Of a DNA stretch of 64,000 nt, positions 28,525 to 38,148 are shown piece after piece (the stretch's first letter is position 1; each line of letters starts with the position of its first letter). A program made the translations under genes and the position numbers. This stretch comes from Limnochordia bacterium (GTDB lineage Bacteria; Bacillota; Limnochordia; DTU080). The stretch spans positions 64,001 to 128,000 of the forward strand of contig JBMNJG010000011.1 in the NCBI GenBank assembly GCA_050951545.1. The letters are read 5' to 3'. The notes beneath the pieces are model-generated. The model was not told where the DNA came from and did no database searches. It saw nothing but the letters and a program-made list of their open reading frames with translations.

Positions 28525-31440
28525 GTGATTGGGCAACGCTTGATGAAGGCCACCGTGGTGCTGGCCTTGGTCCTTGGTCAGGGGGCCCACGCATCTGATG
28601 AGGTTGGCCTAAGGGGACTGAACTTGGTGCGCAACGGTGGTTTTGAAGTGCTCAGCGGCCCGCATCGACCCGATGAATGGAATCAACGGATTGAACCGAA
28701 GGGTGGCCAAGCCTACTCTATCTGGGTAGATGAAGAAAACATCGTGGAAGGTCAGTATGCCCTGCGGCTGGAGGGAGCATCGACCGAGGGCCGGGCGCAT
28801 GTCATTCAGCAACATATTCGTGTCACGGACTACCGTGGCAAGACTCTTGTACTCCGCGGTTGGTACAAGGGCGAAGACGTGGTTAAGGGCCCCAGCGCAC
28901 AGCTTTACCTGAACGTTGAGTTCCTGAACGAGGCACAGAACAAACTGATCGCCCCATCGGTGGTGATCACTCCGCCCAGTGGCTCGACAGACTGGGTGTT
29001 GCTCGAGCAGGAATTGACGGTTCCTCCCGAAGCGGTCTATGTCTGGATTAATGCGAAAATCCAGAACGCCAGAGGGACGGTGTGGTGGGACGCTGTGGAA
29101 CTGCGAGAAGGGAAGCTGCCACAATCCGCTCACCAGCTGGGGGTACCGCCATTGAGTTTTGATCTGACGAAGGCCACCTTTGACGTGCCGCCTCTTTCTG
29201 AACTGCGCGGCCAGATTCCGTCTGCACACCCGCGCCTGTTTGTGCGTCCCGAAGGCCTGGCTGATCTGCGTGAGAAGCGCCAACGCAGTCTGTTCACACA
29301 GATGATCTGGAGGAACATTACTACCGAAGCGCTCAAGGCACGTGTAGCGGTGATGCCTCCTGAGCCACCCAACGCTAAGCCCGGTGGGGAGCTAGAGATC
29401 ACGGCCTGGCGTGAGGGTATCACGATCGCCAGTGATGTTCTCCAGAGATTGCATGCTCTCGGGTTCGCCTACTTGATCACTGACGATGAGAGCTATGGAC
29501 AAGCTGGCAAGGAGCTTCTCCTGCACGTGGCTGCTTGGGATCCCTATGGAACAAGCGGTCGGGCGTTGAATGATGAGATATCCATGCGTCTGCTGTACGG
29601 TATGAGTCGGGCCTATGACTGGCTGTATCCCCTGCTTAGCGAACAGGAGCGCGAAGTCGTCCGACAGACGATGCGTGAGCGTGGTAACGACGTCTACTTG
29701 ACGATGCGCCGCCGCGATTTCGAGGATCATCTGCTGGACAATCACCTTGTCCGCTCAATGGGATTCCTGGGTGAAGCCGCTATCGCCTTTATGGGTGAGC
29801 TTCCTGAGGCGGAGGCCTGGTTTGACTACATCGTCTCGCTTCTTGTGCTGAAATACCCAGCCTTTGGCGGCGATGAGGGTGGCTGGTCGCAGGGGGTCAG
29901 TTACTGGCAGTCTTACATCTCTTGGGTCTTGGAGTTCCTGGATGCCTTCAAGCTCGCCACCGGGGTTGATCTCTATCAGAAACCCTTCTTCCGCAACACA
30001 GGGTATTTCAAGCTATACGCGCACCCACCGAAAAGCAAGTTCGGCGCGTTTGGGGACCATAGTGATAGCCCGCCGGGCCAGGGAGCAGCACAGGTCGTTG
30101 GTTGGCTAGCTACTGCTTTCCATGACCCAGCATACCAGTGGTACGCGTCAGAGATCTCCGGGATGGGGCGCGTACCAGTGCTGCCTACGAACAACTTCCT
30201 GGGGTATGTCAAAGCACCTGAGACTAACGATGACCTCATTGATCCAGCTCTGCCGGAGGACTTCCCACAGTCGCGGCTGTTTAGCGACATCGGCTGGGCC
30301 TTGATGAACGTGGATATGCGCGACTGGGACAACAACGTCCACGTTAAATTCAAGAGCAGCCCTTACGGTTCACATAACCACAGCCATGCTGAGCAGAACA
30401 GCTTCATGATTGAGGCGTATGGTTCGCCTCTGGCCATACCATCTGGGTATTACCCCTGGTATGGTAGCCCCCACCACAAGACGTGGACCTGGGAGAGCAA
30501 GTCCAAGAACACCATTCTGGTGGACGGTCAGGGTCAGGGCGTCCAGAGCATACAAGCGAATGGCGACATCGTGGCGGCGAGCTTCGGGTCACAATTCGAC
30601 TATGTGCTCGGCGATGCCACACCTAGCTACCAAGGGCGTCTTCAGCGCTTCCTACGCCATCTGTGGTTTGTCAAGCCCAACCTAATCGTCATCTATGACC
30701 AGCTTGAGTCAGGTCGTGCGGGAACCACCTACGACTGGTTGCTTCATTCCCTTGACGAGATGGTTGTGGAAGCTGAGTCTAATCGGGTCCGTGTGCCAGC
30801 CAAGACGGCGGAGATGTGGGTGTCGTTTGTTACGCCGAAGCAACTGGCCCTTAGCCTGACCGACCAGTTCACTGTGCCTCCAGAAGATCGAGATGCCCAC
30901 AAGCCCAATCAGTGGCATCTCACTGCCAGGGCTAGCTCTGACACAGGAGAGGGCAGGTTCCTGACAGTCTTGGTACCGCGGCCGATCGCTGAGGCCGAAG
31001 AGGCGCCACCTGTGGTGCGTGCAGTGACGGCGACCAACGGACATGGGGTGGCAGTGGATCTGAGGGAGCGCTCCCTCACGATCGCTTTCCGGGACGATGC
31101 GGCATCGCCGCTGGCCGTACAAGCTTTTGTCGCTGAGGCCACTGCCCTGGCCGTCTGGCAGGAAGGTGTCCAAGAGGGCCTGATGGTGGTCGGCGGGCAG
31201 CGGGTCGAGAAAGACGGGAAGCTGCGTATGTCAGCAAACTACCCAGTAGACTGCGGTGCGACGTGGCAGTGTGCCGGCGAGACGGTGGGCCTTGAACTGC
31301 AGATAGCGGAGGGGACAAGGGCCACGATGGTGGAACTGGCCGTAGCCTGCAAGCCAGACACTGTAATCGTCAACGGTCGGTTGATTGACACCTGGACGTA
31401 TGAGGCAGGCCTCGTTCGGATAGAGTTGCCATTGCCGTAG
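28525..31440 (+). CDS. Secreted DUF4962/heparinase II-III polysaccharide lyase (PL15 oligoalginate-lyase-like) with N-terminal CBM4/9-like domain
   Basis: NLVRNGGFE...VWWDAVEL CBM; HPRLFVRP, GGWSQGVSYW, SSPYGSHNHSHAEQNSF and SKNTILVDG motifs. GTG start behind GAGGTG. Confidence 0.82.
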   Translation: MIGQRLMKATVVLALVLGQGAHASDEVGLRGLNLVRNGGFEVLSGPHRPDEWNQRIEPKGGQAYSIWVDEENIVEGQYALRLEGASTEGRAHVIQQHIRVTDYRGKTLVLRGWYKGEDVVKGPSAQLYLNVEFLNEAQNKLIAPSVVITPPSGSTDWVLLEQELTVPPEAVYVWINAKIQNARGTVWWDAVELREGKLPQSAHQLGVPPLSFDLTKATFDVPPLSELRGQIPSAHPRLFVRPEGLADLREKRQRSLFTQMIWRNITTEALKARVAVMPPEPPNAKPGGELEITAWREGITIASDVLQRLHALGFAYLITDDESYGQAGKELLLHVAAWDPYGTSGRALNDEISMRLLYGMSRAYDWLYPLLSEQEREVVRQTMRERGNDVYLTMRRRDFEDHLLDNHLVRSMGFLGEAAIAFMGELPEAEAWFDYIVSLLVLKYPAFGGDEGGWSQGVSYWQSYISWVLEFLDAFKLATGVDLYQKPFFRNTGYFKLYAHPPKSKFGAFGDHSDSPPGQGAAQVVGWLATAFHDPAYQWYASEISGMGRVPVLPTNNFLGYVKAPETNDDLIDPALPEDFPQSRLFSDIGWALMNVDMRDWDNNVHVKFKSSPYGSHNHSHAEQNSFMIEAYGSPLAIPSGYYPWYGSPHHKTWTWESKSKNTILVDGQGQGVQSIQANGDIVAASFGSQFDYVLGDATPSYQGRLQRFLRHLWFVKPNLIVIYDQLESGRAGTTYDWLLHSLDEMVVEAESNRVRVPAKTAEMWVSFVTPKQLALSLTDQFTVPPEDRDAHKPNQWHLTARASSDTGEGRFLTVLVPRPIAEAEEAPPVVRAVTATNGHGVAVDLRERSLTIAFRDDAASPLAVQAFVAEATALAVWQEGVQEGLMVVGGQRVEKDGKLRMSANYPVDCGATWQCAGETVGLELQIAEGTRATMVELAVACKPDTVIVNGRLIDTWTYEAGLVRIELPLP

Positions 31441-31465
31441 CTACGGTACAAGTGATCCCGAGTAG

Positions 31466-32803
31466 TCATTCCTTTGGAGGCTCGCTGAGTTCTAGCCCCA
31501 TGATCTTGGCGAGCCTCTTGGGAACCTCCGTATTGGAGTAGACGCCCCCCTCAAAGGCCGTCGCTCGGGCCCCCAATGCATAAAGGGGCACGTCGGTTGC
31601 CGTGTGCCCAGCCGTACTCCAGTGGAAGCCTCCTCGTTTGCCGATGATCTCGTGCACGGCTGCCCTTACGGCCTTATTGCCAGTTGCTGTCCGCAAGAGC
31701 GATCTTTCCAGCGAACTCAGAGAGCCAAGACCAGCGTGTTTTCGCAGAAGAGACTCTGCTCCAGAAGGATTGGCAACCACTTGACTGACGAGGCGGTTGA
31801 TGGAGCTCTTCAAGCCGCGCAGCACTTCACCGTTCACTTTGGCCTCGAGTTGCAGACCGCCTGTCTCGTGATCAGCCGTGACAACCAACAGAGTGTCCGG
31901 GTGCTGATTCACGTAGGCAACAGCGACGGCAACTGCCTCATCAAAGGCTAAGGTCTCGCCGATACTGTAGAGGGCATCGTTGTCATGGCAGGCCGTGTCG
32001 ATTCTACCTGCTTCGACCATAAGGAAGAAGCCGCTTGGGGCGTGTGATAGCACACCCAGAGCGGCTTTCGTCATGTCCGCGATGGAGGGTTCGGTGGTGG
32101 TGGGTCGGCGGTCAAAGGTGTAGGTCATCGCTGCGCTACCTACACCGCCGAAAAGGCCTAGCACCAGTTGTGGGGCGAGTGTTGCTAGTTCTCGGTGGTC
32201 GCTCACAACTCGGTAGCCTCGCTCTTGCGCTTCTTCCAGAAGGTGGCGACCGTCTGTGCGTTTGCCTCCCAGGTCCTCAGGGAGAAAGTAGGCGGCCCCA
32301 GCACCCATGATGATACTCTGACCAGCATTGAGAGCCTGAGCAGCGATCTCGGTGTATTCCGTGCGGCTTTTGACGTGGGCGACAAACGCGGCGGGCGTAG
32401 CATGGGCTGGGTGTGTGGTGGTAATGGTGCCTGTCGCTCTACCTGCCTCTTTAGCGGCCTCCAGGATGGTCTTCTTAGGCAAGCCATCGGGGGTGACACC
32501 GATCATGCCGTTGTTGGTCTTGTAGCCAGTAGCCAGAGCTGTTGCCGCGGCCGCTGAGTCTGTGACGGCATGGCTCGCCGCCCGAGTACTCAAGGCGGCC
32601 TGTACTGGTAAGGTCTCCATCACCAGGGAATCGCCCTTGTATGCCGCGGCGAGTCTTACCTGATGTGGTCCCATCCCGTCGCCAATCATCAGGATTACCG
32701 ATCTGACCGCAGGCTCGGCTTGGCCAGCGGTTGACAGAATCGTCAGCAGCATCAGGCAGACAAACAGCACAAGGCTTCGAAGGCGGGTGCGTGGTACGCT
32801 CAT
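31466..32803 (-). CDS. Alkaline phosphatase
   Basis: ILMIGDGMG, VTDSAAAAT, HATPAAF, EAGRIDTACH, TADHETGG and HTATDVP motifs. Confidence 0.93.
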   Translation of the reverse strand: MSVPRTRLRSLVLFVCLMLLTILSTAGQAEPAVRSVILMIGDGMGPHQVRLAAAYKGDSLVMETLPVQAALSTRAASHAVTDSAAAATALATGYKTNNGMIGVTPDGLPKKTILEAAKEAGRATGTITTTHPAHATPAAFVAHVKSRTEYTEIAAQALNAGQSIIMGAGAAYFLPEDLGGKRTDGRHLLEEAQERGYRVVSDHRELATLAPQLVLGLFGGVGSAAMTYTFDRRPTTTEPSIADMTKAALGVLSHAPSGFFLMVEAGRIDTACHDNDALYSIGETLAFDEAVAVAVAYVNQHPDTLLVVTADHETGGLQLEAKVNGEVLRGLKSSINRLVSQVVANPSGAESLLRKHAGLGSLSSLERSLLRTATGNKAVRAAVHEIIGKRGGFHWSTAGHTATDVPLYALGARATAFEGGVYSNTEVPKRLAKIMGLELSEPPKE

Positions 32804-32966
32804 GTTCGTCCCTCCGCTTTTAGTGGCAGTAAGCATTTTCGAACACCCCTCCGATAGTCCTGCCTTCTCGTTGGCCAAGAAGGATGTCCTGACGGGAGGA
32901 AGAACCAGGATGAAAAGAGTACTTCTCTATAAGAGCCGATGCTCAACCATACAAGGGGGGCTGGTT

Positions 32967-33896
32967 ATGCGTATGTGGTGTCATTCGAGAAGTGCGTTGA
33001 CAGTCCGGATCATGCTCACGGTTGGTTGTATCTGGGGTATGCTCACGCTCTCGACCTTGGCTGCTGATCTGGAACTCATCGGCAGCGGGGTAGTATCATC
33101 GCCATCGAGCAGTGGGCGAGGATTGAGCCTTTCGCCAGACGCGAAGAGCTTGTACGCGGCTGGCATACAGGATCGCTGGCTCGTGAAGCTTGACTTGGCA
33201 TCACAGAAGGTTGTCGCTACGGCTGATCTCACGAAGGTGCATCCCGGGGCCTATGGCAAGGCGGTCTGGGTCGATGCCGAAGGCAGCGTATGGGCGCCTT
33301 TGACCGAGCCGATCTTGGCAGTCTACTCAGCGGACCTAGAGCTGAAGACTTCCTACAATCTGTCAGCCCATGGCGTCGTCGCTCCTGAAGGGGCTGCGGT
33401 CTCACCCGCAGGTGACGTATACGTTACTGACCGCAAAGGGCGTGGCGGCGTCTTCAAATTCCGCATGGAAAATGGGGCTTTAGTTCCAGCAAAAGAGTGG
33501 GGCACTGACGGTCACGTGAGCGTCGGTAAGGATCTCAGGCAGCCCACGATCACCCCAGCAGGCGATCTCTTGGTGGGTTCATTCGGTGACAAAGGGATCT
33601 ACCTAATTCGGGCGGCAGACGGGCAGCTTTCGGTTGTGAACGAGAAGATCAGTGATCCCTATCATATGGCCACTGATGCTTCGGGTCAGATCTACGTGGC
33701 ACATTACGGTCGCTTTGATGTGGCTGTAAGCGTGTTGAACGCCGATGGTTCGGTGACCAAAACGTGGACTCCGGCGAACTTGCAGATGCAGACGGAAACC
33801 TCTGGTATCGAGGTTAGTGCGGATGGGACTGTTCTTTATGTGCTTGATCAGCGTACGGGTCAGGGCGGCATAGCGCGTATATTCAAGGTGAAGTAA
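32967..33896 (+). CDS. Secreted NHL/beta-propeller repeat protein
   Basis: Signal peptide; repeats such as PEGAAVSPAGDVYVTD and PYHMATDASGQIYVA. Confidence 0.75.
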   Translation: MRMWCHSRSALTVRIMLTVGCIWGMLTLSTLAADLELIGSGVVSSPSSSGRGLSLSPDAKSLYAAGIQDRWLVKLDLASQKVVATADLTKVHPGAYGKAVWVDAEGSVWAPLTEPILAVYSADLELKTSYNLSAHGVVAPEGAAVSPAGDVYVTDRKGRGGVFKFRMENGALVPAKEWGTDGHVSVGKDLRQPTITPAGDLLVGSFGDKGIYLIRAADGQLSVVNEKISDPYHMATDASGQIYVAHYGRFDVAVSVLNADGSVTKTWTPANLQMQTETSGIEVSADGTVLYVLDQRTGQGGIARIFKVK

Positions 33897-33962
33897 AGAA
33901 GACCATAGATTCTCGGTGCGCTGGCGTCGAAGCAACGGGTCAGTTGTGAGGGGGCGTACTTA

Positions 33963-34967
33963 GTGGTGCGGTTGTTGAACGTGTTTTATCCGGGCGAAGA
34001 ACGATTCTTGGCCACGTTTCCTACTCCGCTGTTGGATGAGTTGCGAAGCTTGGTTGACTATCGGGCTATACCTAGGCCAGCTCGGGGAGAGATGCAGGAT
34101 CCTACGTACCTGGCGGAGCTGTATCAGGCTGAGATCTTGCTTACTGGGTGGGGAACGCCTCTGCTGCCCACCGACTTGGCTCAGAGGGGCAAACTCAAGT
34201 ACATCTGTCATGTCACAGGGGGCGTGCGCGGCATGATCCCGCGGGAGCTTTTTGAGCAGGGCGTGCTGGTGACCAATTGGGGCTCGGCAATCAGTCGGAC
34301 AGTGGCTGAGGCCTCACTCATGATGATTCTCGCCTGTCTTCGGCGTGTACGCCCCATTCAAGAAGAGTTGCACAATCGCGGCGGCTATCGCAGCGTACCG
34401 CAGCCCGGTAGCCTGTTTGAACGGCGGGTAGGTTTGCTAGGCTTCGGCGCTATCGCTCGCGAACTGGTCTCCTTACTGCGTCCGTTTGATGTCGAGATTA
34501 GGGCCTATGATCCTTATGTGCCTGAGGAGCGTTTCTCTGCCCTAGGCGTTGAACGTGTGGGGAACGTGCGTACGCTGTTCGAGGTATCTGACATCATTTC
34601 CCTGCATGCAGCGCGTACGGAAGAAACCTCTGGGGTAGTAAACAAAGAGCTCCTGCGCTTGCTACCTGATGACGGGGTCTTGGTGAACACTGCCCGGGGG
34701 GCACTTATTGATGAGGACGACTTAGCGGCAGAATTGCGGGCGGGCCGTCTGTGGGTCGGGCTGGACGTGTACCAGCGAGAGCCTTTAGCTGCTGATTCGC
34801 CGCTACGAGAACTCGAACGTCTGTTGTTATTCCCGCATCAGGCGGGTCCTACTCCCGATCGCTGGATCGATATGGGTCGGATGGCAGTGGCCAATATCCG
34901 CCGTTATCTGGCTAACGAGCCTGTGTTGGCGCAAGTGACAGCGGAGCAGTATGACATTATGACCTGA
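33963..34967 (+). CDS. D-isomer 2-hydroxyacid dehydrogenase family protein
   Basis: GLLGFGAIA, LVNTARGALIDE, LDVYQREP and PHQAG motifs. Confidence 0.92.
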   Translation: MVRLLNVFYPGEERFLATFPTPLLDELRSLVDYRAIPRPARGEMQDPTYLAELYQAEILLTGWGTPLLPTDLAQRGKLKYICHVTGGVRGMIPRELFEQGVLVTNWGSAISRTVAEASLMMILACLRRVRPIQEELHNRGGYRSVPQPGSLFERRVGLLGFGAIARELVSLLRPFDVEIRAYDPYVPEERFSALGVERVGNVRTLFEVSDIISLHAARTEETSGVVNKELLRLLPDDGVLVNTARGALIDEDDLAAELRAGRLWVGLDVYQREPLAADSPLRELERLLLFPHQAGPTPDRWIDMGRMAVANIRRYLANEPVLAQVTAEQYDIMT

Positions 34968-34984
34968 TGTTTCCAGGTTGAGGA

Positions 34985-35017
34985 AGGGCCCTGGCTTCGT
35001 AACTGGGGCCTTTTTTC
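34985..35017 (+). terminator. Intrinsic terminator
   Basis: GGCCCTGG...CTGGGGCC followed by TTTTTT. Confidence 0.65.
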
Positions 35018-35118
35018 GCGTCAGTTCGGCAGGAGTCGGGACGCGAATCGGGTATCATAACATGTTAGCAACGAAAGCGAAGACGGTGGTCTTCTACTAC
35101 GAGTGGAGATGGTCTACT

Positions 35119-36483
35119 ATGTCCGGAGTGCACAGCAACGTCGACGGCCCGGGGCCTGTTCGGGTTCTTATTCTTGGGGCCGCTGGCCGCGACTTCCACA
35201 ATTTCAATACGTTCTATCGCAATAACCCTCGTTATCGGGTGGTGGCTTTTACTGCCACCCAGATTCCCGACATCGCGGGGCGTCTGTATCCGGCCGTCTT
35301 GGCTGGCGAGGGCTACCCAGAAGGTATTCCGATTCTGCCTGAATCAGAGATGGCCGATATCATCCGGGAGCAGCAGGTCGACGAGGTCGTCTTCGCCTAT
35401 AGCGACGTCTCTCACATGAATCTCATGCACGTCGCGTCACAAGCTATGGCCTGCGGAGCCGATTTTCATCTGCTTGGTCCGAAGAGCACCATGATCAAGG
35501 CCAAGGTTCCCGTTGTCTCTGTAACGGCCGTACGGACAGGCGCTGGTAAGAGCCAGACGACGCGCCGGGTAGCTGAGTTCCTCACGCAACAAGGCCTGAA
35601 GGTGGTTGTTATTCGCCACCCCATGCCCTACGGCAAACTAGAGGAGCAGGCGGTTCAGCGTTTCGCAAACTACGCTGATCTGGACAGGCATCAGTGCACG
35701 ATAGAGGAGCGCGAGGAGTACGAACCACACATCGACAGGGGTAACATTGTCTACGCAGGAGTAGACTACGGTGCCATTTTGGAACAGGCTCAGGCTGAGG
35801 CGGATTGTATCTTGTGGGATGGGGGAAACAACGATTTCTCCTTCTACCAGTCTGACCTCTTGATCACAGTGGTCGACCCGCACCGTCCCGGGCACGAGAC
35901 CTCCTACCATCCTGGCGAGACAAATCTACGTATGGCGGACGTCATTCTCATCAACAAGGTGGATTCGGCTACTCCTGAGCAGGTCACCGCGGTGCGCGAG
36001 ACCGCAGCACGTTTGAACCCACAGGCGGTCATCATCGAGGCTGCCTCTCCCATTACGGTAGACAATCCCGAGGCCATTAGGGGCAAGAGGGTTGTCGTGG
36101 TAGAGGATGGCCCGACACTCACGCATGGTGGCATGGCCTATGGCGCAGGCGTCATCGCTGCCCGAAATGCGCAGGCTACCTTGGTAGACCCGCGTCCGTA
36201 TGCAGTCGGTTCATTGCAGGCTACGTTCGCGAAGTACTCGCACCTGGCAGATCTACTGCCAGCTATGGGCTACGGTGCCCAGCAAATTCGCGAGCTGGAG
36301 CAGAGCATCAACAACACTCCAGCTGATGTGGCCGTGATTGGTACGCCCATTGATCTGGGACGAATCCTCAAGCTCACCAAGCCCGCCGTGCGTGTGCGCT
36401 ATGAGCTGGAGGAGCTGGGCAAGCCATCGCTGGCAGACATACTCCGGGAAAAGATACTGCACAAGGTGTCCAGACGAGGCTAG
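35119..36483 (+). CDS. COG2403 P-loop protein (cyclic 2,3-diphosphoglycerate synthase-like / arginine synthetase ArcE-like)
   Basis: GAAGRDFHNFN, VRTGAGKSQT, RHPMPYG, TIEEREEYEPHI, WDGGNND and EDGPTLTHG motifs. Confidence 0.82.
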   Translation: MSGVHSNVDGPGPVRVLILGAAGRDFHNFNTFYRNNPRYRVVAFTATQIPDIAGRLYPAVLAGEGYPEGIPILPESEMADIIREQQVDEVVFAYSDVSHMNLMHVASQAMACGADFHLLGPKSTMIKAKVPVVSVTAVRTGAGKSQTTRRVAEFLTQQGLKVVVIRHPMPYGKLEEQAVQRFANYADLDRHQCTIEEREEYEPHIDRGNIVYAGVDYGAILEQAQAEADCILWDGGNNDFSFYQSDLLITVVDPHRPGHETSYHPGETNLRMADVILINKVDSATPEQVTAVRETAARLNPQAVIIEAASPITVDNPEAIRGKRVVVVEDGPTLTHGGMAYGAGVIAARNAQATLVDPRPYAVGSLQATFAKYSHLADLLPAMGYGAQQIRELEQSINNTPADVAVIGTPIDLGRILKLTKPAVRVRYELEELGKPSLADILREKILHKVSRRG

Positions 36484-36613
36484 TCCTCTTACAGATGGCG
36501 ACAGACTGCAAGGCGCGTGGTGAATTGGGGCCACGCGCCTTTCTGAAAAGGGTCACCTGCGGTCATGCCCACAGTACTAAGCTGATAGGCTTCTCGTTCC
36601 TCCTAGTGTATCC

Positions 36614-38002
36614 TCAAGACTCACCGAAGGCCTTCTTCGGGCCACGCGTCACGGCTTTGGAGCGCCAACGTCCACTGCGGTAGTATGTGAGATGCAGTAG
36701 GAAGCCCGAAAAGGCACTGATGGCGATGGCTGTCCAAACCCCAGAGATGCCGTATCCCTGCTGAACTAGATGGCGCGCCAGAGGCACCCGAACGCCCCAT
36801 AGCGACAGCAGCGATAGCACCATGGTGGCCATGGTATCTCCCGTTCCTCGCAAAACACCACCTAGCGTGAACATCAACGCCAACGGGATGTAGGCGAGGC
36901 TCATATATCGCAGGTAGCGTGCTCCTTCAGCTAGAACCCCAACGTCTTTCGTGAACATCGACAGCAGCAGATTGGGGCTGAAGATCGCCACCAGACTGAC
37001 CAATGCGGTGATGCTGGCCGCTAGCATAAGGGCCCACTTAACGGTTTCTCTTACGCGATCATCTCGATCCGCCCCCAGGTTCTGCCCGACCAAGGCGGAA
37101 GCGGCCGCACCCACACTCATCGCTGGCATGAAGGCGAATTGGTCCAAGCGCGCTGCTGACCCAAACGCGGCCACGACTGTGGCGCCAAACGAGTTGACGA
37201 TGGAGTTGACCACCAAGGCACTCAGTGAGACAAGCACCTGCTGAAGACCAGCCGGGAGCCCAATGCGAAACGTCAGTCTGGTGATACCCCAGTCTGGTCT
37301 GAAGGTACCCGGCTGGTAGGTGACAATGCCTGAGCGCGCGTAGAGGTAGTGTAGAGCGAGAATCGCGGAAATGCCTTGTGCAATCACTGTAGCCAGCGCT
37401 GCACCGCTCACACCCATCGCCGGGATAGGCCCTAAGCCAAAGATGAGTAGTGGGTCAAGAAACACGTTGATCACTGTGGCGTAGATGAGGAAGCGCAGGG
37501 GGGTTCGCGAGTCACCGAGCCCTCGCAAGATGGCTCCAGCGGTGTTGTACAAAAACATGACGATCAGGCCGGATAGGTAGATCCCCAGATAAGAAGAGGC
37601 CTGATCGATGATCTCTGCGGGAGTGTTGATCAGCCGCAGTAAGGGTGTGCGGAAGGCGAATCCCAAGACAGAGACAACTCCGCCCAAGACTGTCAGCATA
37701 AGCAGCGAGTTGTTGACAGTCTTCATCACACGTTCGTGCTGGCCAGCGCCGAAGTACTGGGCGACCAAAATGGTCGAGGCCATGGCAATGCCCATGACTA
37801 GAGCTACCATCGCAAAGATGACTGGAAAACCTACTGAAACAGCAGCTAGGGCGTTTGCTCCTAGAAAGCGGCCCACCCAGATGCTGTCGACCGTGTTATA
37901 GAAAGCCTGCAGTAGGTTCCCTAGAAACATCGGTGCCGAGAAAGCGATGAGATGTCTGGGGATGCTCCCTTCCGTGAAATTCGTGATCTGTTTGCTCTGC
38001 AC
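36614..38002 (-). CDS. MATE family efflux transporter
   Basis: GNLLQAFYNTVDSIWVG, LRGLGDSRTP and NVFLDPLLI motifs; ~12 TM helices; GTG start behind AGGAG. Confidence 0.93.
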   Translation of the reverse strand: MQSKQITNFTEGSIPRHLIAFSAPMFLGNLLQAFYNTVDSIWVGRFLGANALAAVSVGFPVIFAMVALVMGIAMASTILVAQYFGAGQHERVMKTVNNSLLMLTVLGGVVSVLGFAFRTPLLRLINTPAEIIDQASSYLGIYLSGLIVMFLYNTAGAILRGLGDSRTPLRFLIYATVINVFLDPLLIFGLGPIPAMGVSGAALATVIAQGISAILALHYLYARSGIVTYQPGTFRPDWGITRLTFRIGLPAGLQQVLVSLSALVVNSIVNSFGATVVAAFGSAARLDQFAFMPAMSVGAAASALVGQNLGADRDDRVRETVKWALMLAASITALVSLVAIFSPNLLLSMFTKDVGVLAEGARYLRYMSLAYIPLALMFTLGGVLRGTGDTMATMVLSLLSLWGVRVPLARHLVQQGYGISGVWTAIAISAFSGFLLHLTYYRSGRWRSKAVTRGPKKAFGES

Positions 38003-38148
38003 TCCATCGACTCCTTTGACAATGATGTGATGCTGTGCGGGCATGTCGGCGGCGGCAGACACGCGTACTCCCTTGCGTGCGTCTCGCAGTAGTATGCCGT
38101 AGGTTAGCTGCTGAGTCAAGGTAGGGAGGGGCTCGGGGAAGGGCTGAT

